DNA of 64,000 bases from Fistulifera solaris. Lineage: Eukaryota. The DNA lies in contig AP026180.1 in the NCBI GenBank assembly GCA_030295235.1, positions 186,001 to 250,000 on the forward strand, written 5' to 3'. The notes beneath the pieces were generated by a model, which made no database searches, had not been told where the DNA came from, and saw nothing but the letters and a program-made list of their open reading frames with translations. Made by a program: the position numbers and the translations under genes. Below, in pieces: positions 1 through 12,321 of this stretch (position 1 is the stretch's first letter; every line of letters begins with the position of its first letter).

Positions 1-550
1 ACCACAGAATTTCTGTATGATTGAAAACTCTATTTATAGAACACTCGCGAATCGCGAACGACCAAGGCTTGTGATACGAGCTGAGACTTTTGTTTTGATA
101 TTCGATGCCCGTTTAGACTCGCGAAACGACTTATAAAGCAAACATTTTGTTGATTGTTAACATCTGATGATACTGCTGAAACTCGTAACAATAAACAATA
201 GGAACAAAGGAACAAACCATGGGCAAGGTTCGACCGACCGACGGGCATTCGTCATTCAACGCAACGGACGCTTTCGCGGACCGTGGGACGTTGGACGACC
301 GGCGCGCTCGTTCTTAACTATCTACAAGAAAGTACTTCGATGGTACCGTTGCTCGTCGTGTTTTTTCTCCCTCGTCGTTTCGTTCTCTTTATTTCATTTC
401 CTCTCTCTTTTCCATCGATGGTCTTGTTGTGATAGTGTTGCAGAGAATTTTCTCTTTCATCAAATAATCAAAAGGAACAAACTCAGAAAAGCTGCTGTCG
501 CTCAAATTCTTCCCGTCGTAAGCTAACGCAACAAAGAAGCGCACACAAAC

Positions 551-1945
551 ATGGCGCGACGGCAATCCCTTCCGGTGACGGTGCTCTTCATTTTGTTCAT
601 TGTGGTCTTGACGTATTTAGTACAAATGAATCAGATTGACATGACTTCATTTCAAGAAGTATGGAGTAAGGCAACGTCGGATACAGCTACGCAGAAAACA
701 ACGCTCCCTTCGTTGCGATTTGTGTGGGATTCACAACCGACGAAAAGCACATCAAAAACGACGCAACCTGAGAATGATGATTCGAGTGACGACAGCGAAG
801 ACGATGACGATGATGTCAAAAACGACAATCAAAAGGATAAAGAGGAAAGCAAAGATGATGACGAAGAGAGCAAAGACGAGGAAGAAAGTAGAGACGACGA
901 TCAGGAAGGAAGCAAAGATGATGAAGAGGAAAGTAAAGACGAAAGCACCGATAGTGTAGACGATAGTAGCGGTGGCGGTGACAGTGACGACGCAAATGAC
1001 GGCAAATCCCTTCGCAAACCACCTCGTTCGTCTTCCACTATCATTCCCAAAGTCGCTTGGTTGGCCAGTTATCCCAATTCCGGTACATCCTATACGATGA
1101 CAACTGTCGAACGATCGACCGATTTGTCAACCGCCACCATGTACGGCATTGAAATTGCGACCAAAGACAAGGATACATCGGAAGTGGTCACACCGGGAGG
1201 CCCCTTGTGGGAAGGCATGTCGGGAAAACGCGGTACGACCATTCGACCTTTACCGACCACCTACGTCTTGACCAAAACACATTGTGGAGGGCGTTGCATC
1301 AAATGCCCCGCCACCGAATACGTCATTGATGTTGAAGAATTTCGTCAAGCCTGTTTGCGAACGACGGGATACGATCCACCGCGACAACGCTTTGAGCGAC
1401 AAATGAAAGTACCCGTCGCCAAAATATTGCATCTGATTCGTAGCCCCTTTACCAACATTGTCGCGCGCTTCCATTTGGAGCAGCGTCATTATGTACGAGA
1501 AGGCAACAACAAGTACGAACGCGATGCCGATGGTTTTCGTCAGTGGTGCAAGGATTTGGACAAGAGATACAGTAAAACGGAACATTTGGTGTGGCAGGAC
1601 GATCCGGCCTTGAAAGAACTTTTTTTGCAAGTGCCCTGTCGAGCGGAATTTTACAAATACACGCAATGGCACAACCATTTGTTCCAATTGCGTGACATGT
1701 TGTCCAATCCGAAGGACGACTACTTGGTCGTGCATTATGAAGACTACGAAACCAATTTGAATGCTACCATTGGAACGATTATGGACTTTTTAGAGCAAGA
1801 AGTAGTGAACCCATTGCGCGAATTCCGACCCTTGCCGGATTATGCCGATCATTTCTCGAAATCGGATCGTCGTCGTGTTCGACAATTAGTTCAGTACATG
1901 TCATCGAGTGAAACGTGGAGCATGTTGGAGCGCTATCTGGATTAA
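551..1945 (+). CDS. Type II membrane sulfotransferase-domain protein with acidic stem
   Basis: N-terminal TM anchor, D/E/K-rich stem, WLASYPNSGTS (5'-PAPS-binding loop-like), HLIRSPF and VVHYED motifs typical of sulfotransferases; intronless ORF. Confidence 0.8.
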   Translation: MARRQSLPVTVLFILFIVVLTYLVQMNQIDMTSFQEVWSKATSDTATQKTTLPSLRFVWDSQPTKSTSKTTQPENDDSSDDSEDDDDDVKNDNQKDKEESKDDDEESKDEEESRDDDQEGSKDDEEESKDESTDSVDDSSGGGDSDDANDGKSLRKPPRSSSTIIPKVAWLASYPNSGTSYTMTTVERSTDLSTATMYGIEIATKDKDTSEVVTPGGPLWEGMSGKRGTTIRPLPTTYVLTKTHCGGRCIKCPATEYVIDVEEFRQACLRTTGYDPPRQRFERQMKVPVAKILHLIRSPFTNIVARFHLEQRHYVREGNNKYERDADGFRQWCKDLDKRYSKTEHLVWQDDPALKELFLQVPCRAEFYKYTQWHNHLFQLRDMLSNPKDDYLVVHYEDYETNLNATIGTIMDFLEQEVVNPLREFRPLPDYADHFSKSDRRRVRQLVQYMSSSETWSMLERYLD

Positions 1946-2052
1946 TTCAAACATATCTAAAATGAGTCGACGTGCTTATGAAGGCACTATGAAAGTAGAG
2001 AAGTACTCCTTCACGAACGTGTCTTGCTGGATAATGATTACAATTTAAATGA

Positions 2053-3108
2053 TTACTCATCACTACTACTATGACTATTGTTGCGTTGCAATTTAGGTGG
2101 ATCCGATGATGATGATGTCGTTTGTATCCATGTAGGCAGTATTGACAATTTCGTTTTGTGATGCGCTGGCTCTGGTTGCTGAGCTTCCGTTTCATCACGT
2201 GACCACCAGTACGGATCTTGTTCGGACCGACTGGCCCATTCGTCTTGCACCGAAACAAAATCGACGGAACCTTCGTCGCGAAGATCGTGCTGGCTGTCTC
2301 CGCCTCCTCTCCAGAAAAAGACCGAATCCCACCACGACGACGATGATTCACCCATCTGCGGCTGCCGTGTCGTATGAAAGGATGTTTCATGTTGATGATG
2401 ATGATGATGATGATTCGGAGGGTTCTCTCTCGTCCATTCTAAGCCATCGGGTAAAAAGGGTTCTCGTATATCATGTCGTGAAATATTTTCATGCCCTTCC
2501 CACCACCACGGTCTCCTCCGCAGAGAAGCTTCATGATCCAACAAGGAACGCTGCAAATCATCCCGATCCCGTTGTACTTGAAATCGATAATAATGCCGTA
2601 ACAGAAAGAATCGTATCAGTTCCATGATGGCAATCATCCACAACCAAACTTGTAAGGCGATGCGTCGCGTCGCATCATGTCCGTACGGAGGCGGCGCATG
2701 CGCGACCGTCAAAAACAATATGGCGCCACCCGAGGCTACTACAATGAGAATCCACGAAATCCGCGCACTCCACAATAAGGTCGATCGTTCACACACCCAA
2801 TCGGTACTAAAACCACAACAACTCCACACGGATCGCAATCCCAACAACGCGGCGGCAACTCCGGCAACCCAATCAAACGAACGATGTCGCTTTGGTTCGA
2901 GCCATAAACACGAAAGTAAACCGACCGTCAAACAAATATCGAAGCAAATCCATAATTGTAACGTCTTTTGAATGTTCCGTCGACTGCAACAGAAATAATG
3001 ACTGGGAATGCGTGTTTCGTTGTTGTTCTGTATCAAGCGCGTCGCGACGGGAGAGGCCGCCGCGATATCCCAAGGACTCAGATTGTTGTCGTTTTCATCA
3101 TCTGTCAT
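2053..3108 (-). CDS. Hypothetical multi-pass membrane protein (about 4 TM) with His-rich, low-complexity C-terminus
   Basis: Long ORF; likely start MTDDENDNN at 3108; four hydrophobic segments followed by a poly-His tail and DEGSVDF..W motif. Confidence 0.7.
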   Translation of the reverse strand: MTDDENDNNLSPWDIAAASPVATRLIQNNNETRIPSHYFCCSRRNIQKTLQLWICFDICLTVGLLSCLWLEPKRHRSFDWVAGVAAALLGLRSVWSCCGFSTDWVCERSTLLWSARISWILIVVASGGAILFLTVAHAPPPYGHDATRRIALQVWLWMIAIMELIRFFLLRHYYRFQVQRDRDDLQRSLLDHEASLRRRPWWWEGHENISRHDIREPFLPDGLEWTRENPPNHHHHHHQHETSFHTTRQPQMGESSSSWWDSVFFWRGGGDSQHDLRDEGSVDFVSVQDEWASRSEQDPYWWSRDETEAQQPEPAHHKTKLSILPTWIQTTSSSSDPPKLQRNNSHSSSDE

Positions 3109-3555
3109 GATTGTATGAAAGAGAAAACGAAAATTATAAAAAGAAAAGAAGAAAAGGAATGAGAATACACGAATCATCATCGTCGCTGTCGCTGTCGCCG
3201 CTGTCATGCAGAAAAATTCGACGGGAAGAGAAAAAGTCTGTTCTTCACTCAATTGTACAAACGCATACCAGTCCGACATGCATTCCGCGCGGCTATGAAA
3301 TCTTGTAGGGACGTTCCACAATTAACCGCTTTCTAAACTTTACTTAGGCGAAACGGTCCGATGGAAAAAAGTTTCAGTGGAACGGACGCAGTAATCAATG
3401 ACACTAAAAAATAGAGTACAGAACCTTGTAGAAGTCCCCGAAATTGTGAGACGAACTCTCGTCATCCACCAAACGACAACGACGAGCGAATCTTGCGATG
3501 ATCACTTTGTTATATCAATCGCTTCATCAACGACCAGGACCGAATTCTCACCATA

Positions 3556-4473
3556 ATGGCGGTTGATGATGATTCATGGGACAGCACTGTGATTCGATCC
3601 GTTTTCTTCTCGCGATGGCAACAGATCGTGGAGATTGTTGTGAGCGTTTCCGCTCTGATCATCGCGTATTGGTTTGATGGCTGGAAGATCCACGATCGGC
3701 CGACACCCTATCAATATCTTGCTCAAGAAGACGTCTACGTGCGAGATCTGGCTCACGATGAGCATCTCAATTATACCTGCTTTGTCGACAACTCGTCTCT
3801 GCACTTTGTGGCCATATTTTTACCCATTATACTGCAGATTGCGTGGTCTCTCCTACTCCTGGGAAGAAAACGATGGTTCGACGAGTTGCATGGAATAATA
3901 TCTAGCACAAGTTTCGCCTTCGCACTCGATACATTCCTAACGTACGCGATCAAATGCTATGTCGGATATCTCCGACCCGTTTATTATGATCACTGCCGAC
4001 CGTTTGAAGATTATCACGGATGTACCACCAACAAAAGCTTCATTCATGTTTCCTTTCCCAGTTCACACAGTTCCTTGTCGTTTTGCGGCATGGCAATTCT
4101 TGCCTTGTTCTTGGATCGGACGTGGCGACACTACCGGAGTCGCAGAAGTTATCACGAAGCCCTGGAAAGTGATGTCAAGATTGCGACAGTCGATTCGTTG
4201 AACTTGCTTCCAGCGACCAGTACCGATCGTTTCGTGTCACTGCTTTGTGTAGTGATACCATTGGCCTTGGCTTTGTTTGTGAGTTGCACGCGCATTTACA
4301 ACAACTTTCACTATCCGGCCGATGTTTTGACCGGAGCTGTTTTGGGTGGTGCAATTGCAATAGTTTGTCACGGACTTTGGTTCGATCACGGACGTGATAT
4401 TCAACTGGTTCAACTGTTCAAGCCGGGTCCCAACGATATTCCCAAAATCATTGACGAGGAAGAGGTAGAATAG
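3556..4473 (+). CDS. PAP2-family lipid phosphate phosphatase
   Basis: Three PAP2 motifs: KCYVGYLRP, SFPSSH (variant of PSGH), TRIYNNFHYPAD; about 6 TM segments. Confidence 0.88.
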   Translation: MAVDDDSWDSTVIRSVFFSRWQQIVEIVVSVSALIIAYWFDGWKIHDRPTPYQYLAQEDVYVRDLAHDEHLNYTCFVDNSSLHFVAIFLPIILQIAWSLLLLGRKRWFDELHGIISSTSFAFALDTFLTYAIKCYVGYLRPVYYDHCRPFEDYHGCTTNKSFIHVSFPSSHSSLSFCGMAILALFLDRTWRHYRSRRSYHEALESDVKIATVDSLNLLPATSTDRFVSLLCVVIPLALALFVSCTRIYNNFHYPADVLTGAVLGGAIAIVCHGLWFDHGRDIQLVQLFKPGPNDIPKIIDEEEVE

Positions 4474-4717
4474 CAAAGCCTTTTCACAAAGCAAAACGAA
4501 CATCATGACGACTCATGACCGAATCCAGTCGGGGAAATAGTAATCTACACTTTGAGGAATACTGGAAAGCGAGTATCTACGCAAGTGTGCCAAATCTTTC
4601 GCAATCGTTTCGGCAACCGCAACTTCCGATCCAAAATAATAATTGAAGCGCATTCATTTCTCTGCAAAGTAGAAAGACGTGTTTGTGCTGTTGTAGATCG
4701 ATGCAAAGTAAGACACA

Positions 4718-6998
4718 ATGAGCTTCCCTTTTCGAACTATCAGAATAACGCTTGGATGGAATTCCACAGACGGTGCGAGGTGCGAGGCCCATCAACAAGC
4801 GAACGGGCACTGCCATTACCCTGCGTCCTCCGGTGCAAATAAACCTTTGCCGTCACGCTGGAACGCCCAGCCATCAGGTGATCCGCAAAATCAGCAAGAA
4901 GAGCCGCAGCTTATCGTCGAAAAGAAGCCACGTGCAAAGAAAATACCTTGGATGGAACGATACTGGCAACTGGTCCTATTGAAACAGAAACACGGGCACT
5001 TGCAACTGAAAAATGCAGAAGACAAAACCCTTCGCTCGTGGTTTTACAGTCAGAAATTTAACTACAAGAAAGGGAGCCTTCACGAGTATCAAATCGACCT
5101 GCTCAAAAAAATCGGACTGGATCTTAACGACAGTGGGAGTTCGTCGAAAACTTTTGCTTCAACCTCATCTGTGTTGAATGCGGTCAAGAAAAACGAGGAG
5201 TCTCAAAAGCAAACTCTAGATGCTCGGATCAAAACTTCCTTTGGAGAACGTAGCGGACTCTCGCAAGAAAGCTTGCCAACGTCCGAGCCCGCTGCAGACT
5301 TACAATTGAGGGAGTCAGATGACGAAACTACAGCAAGGGTCCCGAATGAAAGAGCTGATGCTTTCACGACAAAATTCAAGAGTCAATCCAAAGCAGGGAA
5401 CGGGGCGAATACGCCGTTGTATTCAAGCATCGACATCCAACAATCGTTACAGAGACCAAACAAATTTAAGATACAGCACGAAGAACCGCTACATCAAGTG
5501 AGGCATTTGTCGACTAAGCCTGCCGCGAAAAGAAAGAAAACTACAGAGATAGTGCCTTGGATGGATAGATACAAGCAACTTGTTCATTTTAACCAGAAGC
5601 ACGGACACTGCCGCGTATCTCTTAAGAATGACGAAAAACTCCACTTTTGGGTTTACACTCAACGAAGTTTGTACAAAAAGGAAAGCTCAAGCGATATCAA
5701 ATGGACTTACTCGATGAGGTCGATCTTTTTTGCAGTGGCAATAAGGAATCTACGAAAAGTCATTCGACGCCTCCGCTTGCTTCGAATTCGGCCAAGAAAA
5801 ACGAGGAGTCTGAAGGTCAACTGTCGGCTGAAAGGATCGAAATTTTGTCAGAACATGGTGACAGAGAGAAACGTGAGCTGTCTCAGGGCGGAAACAAGCA
5901 GCTTTTAAGCAAGCCAAGGACTGAGCCAGTATCCGGACAATCCATGACTTTTGAGCCAAGGAAGAAAACAGTCAATAATACACCCACGGAAAAGCCTAGC
6001 CATTTCACCGTCGTCGAAAGAAGCGATGACTTCATGACAGGGAACAGGAGTCGGTCAAAAGTAGGGAATACCTCAAATTTACTTAACATGGATCCAGAAC
6101 CCTTTCAGAAGTACGCCATTGGCACACGGGTGAGGGCGATCTTTCAAGTGGATGGAGTACTACGGTCATTCGGCGGTTCTGTCTTTTCATTTGAGCAATT
6201 CGAAGAAGACGACGGCAGTCGGAAATGGGGACACATGATCCATTATGACGATGGCGACAAAGAACACATGTTGGAGGATGATGTCGCAGAGCACGTTGTA
6301 ACTGAAAATTGCAAAAAGCGCAAGGCAAAGAGCCAACTAAATGACAAGCAACTCAAACGCCCGAAAGAAGTGAGCCTGTCCGACAGAGATATCCTTTTGG
6401 AAGGAATGGAAGCGAAGCGGATATGCTCTGTTCCAGGTGAAACCAAAGTGGATTTCCCGGAGAAGTTAGTGTCTGCTGTCTTGTCGAAGAAGTTGAACGA
6501 GACCAGTAGAGTGAGACGCAACGATGAAGCGCTCTCTCAATCATTCAACCACGCCAATGCACGTGGAACCGAGAGTCATACCACGAACGCACAATTTACC
6601 GAAAAGAAGAAAGACGCTATGATTAAGCGTTCCAAATATTGTTGGTCCGACTTGGACTCTTTATCGTCGGAGGACAGCTCGGTTCGTTTGCCTTCTATCA
6701 AAAAGGGGAGAAAAATAAAAAGGAATTTGTCGTTCTTGGACTCTTCATTGTCGGACGACAGTTCGTTTCATTTGCCTAATTTTAGGACATCATCAAAGGC
6801 CAAGGCGAACACCGAGAAGAGTTATCGAAAAGCTCCGATTATTCGACGTGCATCGTTTCCTTGTGGTGATGACACTTCAAGTACTGGCAGTGACCGTTTA
6901 CCGTCTTGTCGTCGGCGAAGAACGGATCATAGATTTCTGAGACTCGAAACGAGATTATTGACCTTGTTGACCTTGTTGACGACGATTCTTCAGCTTAA
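4718..6998 (+). CDS. Helicase-associated (HA) repeat protein with Tudor-like domain; two apparent 1-nt frameshifts (~5680, ~6935)
   Basis: Two HA repeats (WMERYWQLVLLKQKHGH..L.SW..Q; WMDRYKQLVHFNQKHGHC..LHFWVYTQR). Adding one base near 5680 restores YKKGKLKRYQMDLL. Tudor-like GTRV...HMIHYDDGDKEHM follows. Adding one base near 6935 gives the C-terminus EIIDLVDLVDDDSSA* (stop 6996-6998). Confidence 0.65.
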
Positions 6999-7163
6999 CC
7001 TTCTTAACATTCAGTATAATAAAGTACCAGGTATAGACTTTTCGTGAATGAACTTTTTCAGTCCCACGCTGAATATAACAGCCACATAAATATTTTTTCA
7101 TTTTCAACGTGAACATTAACATGGACATGAACGTTCTCGTTCTGTTTTCTTCCTAAAGCAATA

Positions 7164-8258
7164 ATGAGTCTTACAGTGAAAACAGATGTTATAATCATAG
7201 GCGCAGGCCTTTCCGGGTTAACGGCGGCCTTTCATTTGTTGCAACAAGTCAATCCTCCGCGCGTCGTCGTCTTTGAAGCCCGCCATCGCATCGGAGGACG
7301 CATTCATACTCTTGAAAAGGGTTTGGATTTAGGTCCGACGTGGTTCTGGTCGGAGAACAAACATGTCAAGGACATGTTGAGTCTGTTTCGTATCGATTCC
7401 TTCGAGCAATACGAATCAGGACATCATATCTTTCAGTCTTCGCTCGATGCACCGATTGAACGATTTGCTTCGGACGATTCGTATAGCATACCGTCCTATC
7501 GATTCACAGGAGGAACTATTTCACTTGTGAATGCTCTCAAGAATCAGCTGAATCATGATACTATTCAATTGCAACAAGTCGTAAAAAGCATAAACGTACT
7601 GGAGGAAGAAAAGTGCGTACAGGTGCAACTCGAAAATGGTCAACAATGGCAAGCCTCCCACGTGATTGTCACGTTACCGCCGCATCTGGCAGCTACCACT
7701 CTTTCCTTCAATCCACCTTTACCGGCGGCGTTGCAGAATATCATGAAATCGACACCCACATGGATGGGGCAAGCCATGAAAGTGGCATTGCGCTACTCCC
7801 ATCCATTTTGGCGCGACGCGCAACTGTCGGGCATGGCCGTCAGTCACACGGGTCCGGTCCAACAATTCCATGATGCCACGAATGGGAGTGTGGCGGGCTT
7901 GTTTGGATGGGTGACCGACCGGGGTGCACACATGACGACGGAAGCACGTCGCGAAGCTGTTTTGCGACAAGTTGTACACTTGTTTGGACCACAGGCGGCG
8001 GCTCCTTTGGCTTATCACGAAATGAATTGGGGAGAAGAGCCGTTTACCAACAATGTCAAGGGAAATCCGGTTGTGGCGAGAGGACATCCTACCTACGGTC
8101 ATGCAGCACTACAAGTTCCTTGGGAAGGACGAGTGTGGTGGGCAACTACGGAAGCGTCTCCCGTGAGCGGAGGATACTTGGATGGTGCGATTTTTATTGG
8201 ACGCCGAGTTGCCCAAGCTGTATGGGAGCAACTGAAACGAGACACGGGCGAACCATAG
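7164..8258 (+). CDS. Flavin-containing monoamine oxidase family protein (short, bacterial-type length)
   Basis: IIGAGLSGL dinucleotide-binding motif, EARHRIGGR, DLGPTWFW, C-terminal GGYLDGA; 364 aa, no introns. Confidence 0.88.
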   Translation: MSLTVKTDVIIIGAGLSGLTAAFHLLQQVNPPRVVVFEARHRIGGRIHTLEKGLDLGPTWFWSENKHVKDMLSLFRIDSFEQYESGHHIFQSSLDAPIERFASDDSYSIPSYRFTGGTISLVNALKNQLNHDTIQLQQVVKSINVLEEEKCVQVQLENGQQWQASHVIVTLPPHLAATTLSFNPPLPAALQNIMKSTPTWMGQAMKVALRYSHPFWRDAQLSGMAVSHTGPVQQFHDATNGSVAGLFGWVTDRGAHMTTEARREAVLRQVVHLFGPQAAAPLAYHEMNWGEEPFTNNVKGNPVVARGHPTYGHAALQVPWEGRVWWATTEASPVSGGYLDGAIFIGRRVAQAVWEQLKRDTGEP

Positions 8259-8307
8259 CTGCACTCAACATTTGCAAAGGTTTCTATTATCTATTCTATT
8301 TCTATGT

Positions 8308-9411
8308 TCAGAACGCAATCAATCGATGAATCTCCACCTGATAACCATCCGCCAGATCGATCAAGCAGTGGGTACAAGTCATGCTGTTTATTTGCTGGAA
8401 GGCACGATGGTATTTTTCTCGGATTGAGTCCGATATACTGGCTGTATTGGCAATATGTCGTCGCAGGAATCGATTTTCATATTCGTTCTCCCCCTGAATG
8501 GATTGCTCTTCCGTCCACTGGGTATTTGTAGGTGCGATGGTGCTCAGGTCGTTATTGAGGACGTTCTCGGTGGAGCCACTCCTTCCGGCAAATCCGTAAA
8601 TACTTTGCAGTAAATTAAAGTTGAAGGCACCTGGATCCAGATTTCGTCCAGGACGATTGGTGTAATCCATGCATTCACCAGTATTGATATTGGTGTAAAT
8701 TCTGAAGAGAGTCACCGGGCACGTGAGAAAGCATCGATTGCAACCAATCGCAGACACAACTGGTTTTACTTACTCATCCGTGTGCGCCAGTCCGAATCCG
8801 TGGCCCAATTCGTGGCACATGGTGTACTGCTTCTGATCTTCTTCGTACAACCAGTAATCATTCAACATGGCGACACTATTGACCATGTACTGACCGTTGG
8901 TCAATGCCACATTGATACCCCTCCAATCCGTCTGCCCGTAATTGCCATTGCATACTTTGATACGTCCTTCGGAAGGCGTGCATTCCGGATCTATAGCGAC
9001 CCGTTGAATACTCAAAGCCAGTGGGTCCACGTTGTCGTATCCAGCGTCCCATCGACTCACCCATTGTTCCAAATATGGAGTCCACGAATCGTCGAGGGCA
9101 TTTTCGATTATCAAATCCAAACCGTTGTTGTTTTTCAATTTGGCTACCGGCCACAAGAGTGTATCATTGCGACCCGGAAGATCTTGTTGTACCAACAACT
9201 CAGCAGGCTGCGTAGCCCCGGTCCAAACTACGATACCAATGGCAATCGCGACAACAATTAAAACGCCGAGACATATTAAGAAGAACAAACGATTCATGCA
9301 AGAACATAACGAGGAGCATCCGGATTCGTTGCTCAATTGCGAATCCGATTCATCATCGATTGTGATAGAAGTATTTCGTCTTCTGGATTTGTATTCCGGA
9401 GAATCGCTCAT
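8308..9411 (-). CDS. Membrane-anchored metzincin zinc peptidase, copy 1 (exons 9411-8774, 8701-8308)
   Basis: HELGHGFGLAH zinc motif; GT-AG intron 8773-8702 joins HTDE to IYTNINTGECMDY (Met-turn); N-terminal TM anchor. Confidence 0.85.
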
Positions 9412-9954
9412 GCTATTGATTATATTATTATTAATCGAGTCGATTGGAGAAAAGAAAAGATTTTGTGCGACTGCTTCATCATCTTCAGCGAAAAGGATTT
9501 TCCGCGAAACTGACTTTTCATACGTGGCAGTAAGCCGACATAGGAATGCGCGATTCAACGGACGTTTCGACTGTACGTTGACCAGAGGCCGATGTACTCA
9601 ACACACGATAGACCGAAATTTCAAATTTCGCACGCACCAAACAAACAAACAAATTTAAACAAACAAAAAAAAAAAACACGATCGATTGAAGAATGATGTC
9701 GTTGAGCCGAGCAAATGCTGCATGCGCATCTTTGATCATCATAAAAAGATGAAGCACGATTCGAGTTGGCACGATCCAAACGAAAGAATCACGTTTTGTT
9801 TGATCGAATGGCGCACGAACTATAGCGACGAAAATACTGGTACATCCGTTGTTTTTTATCGAGTCAGAGACTCGACGATGCCGAACGGGAAAGGACAAGC
9901 GAAAAGGAGTTAATGGAAGCTCTATGCATGTTTGATGATTAGCGATTCATGTGC

Positions 9955-10948
9955 TCAAAGCAAAAGCTTGTGAACAAAGATGCGATATCCATTCGAGAGA
10001 TCAAGTCGACAATCCGCACATGATAAATCTTGACTTGCTTGGTCCACTGCTGCACGATATTCATCGAGTGTTTCTTTCGACAGTTTCTTCATTGAACTCA
10101 GCCCCGGACGCAACAAGCGGCGCTCACTATTTCCGTACAGTCGATACAACAAGTTGAAATTGTATTCCCCACACTCCAAATTGTCTTGCGGGAATTCCGT
10201 GTAATCCATGCACTCTCCTGTGGGTTCATTGAAGTAATTTCTGAAAAAGACCATTAGAGCACAAATTGTGAATAATGAAGCCCTCAATTGATGTAATTTA
10301 ACGAAAGAGCTACGGCTCCCAGTTTTCTACTTACTCGTCGGTGTGCGGAAGACCCCATCCGTGTCCCAATTCATGACACATTGTGTATTTCTTCTGAGCG
10401 TCAGTGTTTTGCGTGTCAGCGACATTGATCCAGTAGTCATTGTACTTTGAAATGCTATTCTGAATGTAGTTGTTCTCGTCCGTCAAAGCAATATTGAGGC
10501 CACGCCAATCTGTTTCGCCGTAGTTTCCGTTGCAATTCTTGAGTTTACCCATGATAGGCTCACATTGCGGATCCACAGCTACACGCTGCACCGAAAGTGA
10601 CAGCGGATCAATATCATTCGTGCCGTTCGAATAACCACCATCCCACCTTCGAATGTACTCGTCAAAAACAGGGATCCACGTGTCATCAAGGGCATTCAAG
10701 ACTTCCACTTGCACTCCACCTTGACCAGTGGGTTGTCTCCATAAAAGTGTTTCATTGCGCCCTGGTTTGTCCGATGGTACCAATGTGTCTCCCGAGCTGG
10801 CGTAGAAAATCCCCGCCACGAGCATGTAAATTACAATAGCCACGGCAATACAACATAGAGAGGAACAGATCCAGCAAATGATGCTTCGAAGGCATGAACA
10901 CACAAAGTTCCAACAGGAAGCTGTTTTGGATAGCGTCTGTGTTGTCAT
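9955..10948 (-). CDS. Membrane-anchored metzincin zinc peptidase, copy 2 (intron 10334-10241)
   Basis: HELGHGWGLPH; same-position intron joins to NYFNEPTGECMDY; Cys-rich segment plus TM at the N-terminus. Confidence 0.85.
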
Positions 10949-11338
10949 GATAAACGTCGCTAAAAGTAAGCTAGGTTGCTATTATTCATGTCAATCACAC
11001 GGTGATTGGAAACAGTTTTCGTTTCGCGCTTTGTTCCCATTTCTCGTATTGCGATGATTTTGTGAGAAAGAAAAAAGTTTCTTTGTCGAAAAGGAAGACA
11101 CTCGGGAATCTATCACACAATCGAGTCACGATCGAAGGCGTTCTCAACTAGTGAAATACGGCTACGTATTTTCTATTTCTCGATTGTATTATACAAGAAC
11201 AACGTACGTGATCGAGTCTAACTAAGATACCATTTCAACAGAAACCATCATACATCGTGCAGTCATAATCATCGTTTATTGAACTTTATCTTTCTAGTTT
11301 CATTGCATATTGGTATTTTCATGAGGCTCGCTGGAAAA

Positions 11339-12321
11339 TCAAACCAGAAGCTTATTTACAAAGACACGATATCCCTGCGAAAGTTCGAGGGTACAGTCAG
11401 TGCAGGAGCGGTCTTGACTGGCCTGCTCAATCGCGGTACGGTATTCTTGCAGCGTTCTCTCCGACAGTGTCCTTGATTGAGGACGCAGGGCTCTCTTGTG
11501 GGCACGACGCTCGAAATTTCCGTACAATTCGTGCAACAAATTGAAATTGAATTCCCCGCAGTCTAAATTTCGTCCAGGAAACTGTGTGTAATCCATGCAT
11601 TCTCCTGTATTCACGTTGTAATAGTTTCTGCAATGAGAGAATGTGTGAGAGTGTTGTGTCGTAAATTGCTGAAGGTTCAAGTGGACTTACTCGTCCGTGT
11701 GGGCAAGACCCCATCCGTGTCCGAGTTCGTGACACATGGTGTATTTCATCTGATTATCATCGTTTTGCATATCACTGACTGTCATCCAGTAATCGTTATA
11801 TTTGGAAATACTGTTTAGAATGTAGTTGTTCTGATCGGCAAGTGCAATATTGATACCTCTCCAATCCGTTTTACCATAGTCACCATTGCATGCTTTGAGT
11901 TTACCGTCAACCGGTTCACATTGCGAGTCAACTTCGACACTTTGTACCGTCAGCGAAAGGGGATCGATGGTGTGCGTTTCATTCTGAAAACCGGCATCCC
12001 ACTTTTGAATGTATTCTTCAAAAACGGAGTCCACGTATCATCGAGCGCATTCAAAACTTCCAATTGCAATCCTCCTTGACCGGAAGGCTCTCTCCAAAGC
12101 AGTGTATCGTTTCGTCCGGGCATATCCGAGGGCACTAATACACTGGTAGGATCGTTCATGATAGTATCCAACGTCTGTTGATCGCCTGTCAGAAGGACGT
12201 AAAGCACGACGGCTACGGCGATACTCAGCGCGAGCGTAAATACCCAGCAGATGATGCTGTTAATGCAACCGCAAAGAATGCTGCAACAAGAAGGCTCCTT
12301 GGGTTGGGAACGTGCTGCCAT
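11339..12321 (-). CDS. Membrane-anchored metzincin zinc peptidase, copy 3 (intron 11690-11628; 1-nt frameshift ~12028)
   Basis: HELGHGWGLAH; intron joins to NYYNVNTGECMDY; one added C restores DDTWTPVFEEY as in copy 2. Confidence 0.8.

Noticed and set aside
770..1000. Nucleotide repeats gaaagcaaagatgatga
   Set aside because: Explained by the coding acidic ESKDDEE stem of the sulfotransferase.
5670..5690. Programmed ribosomal frameshift at AAAAAG
   Set aside because: One of many similar indels across unrelated genes; assembly error is more parsimonious.
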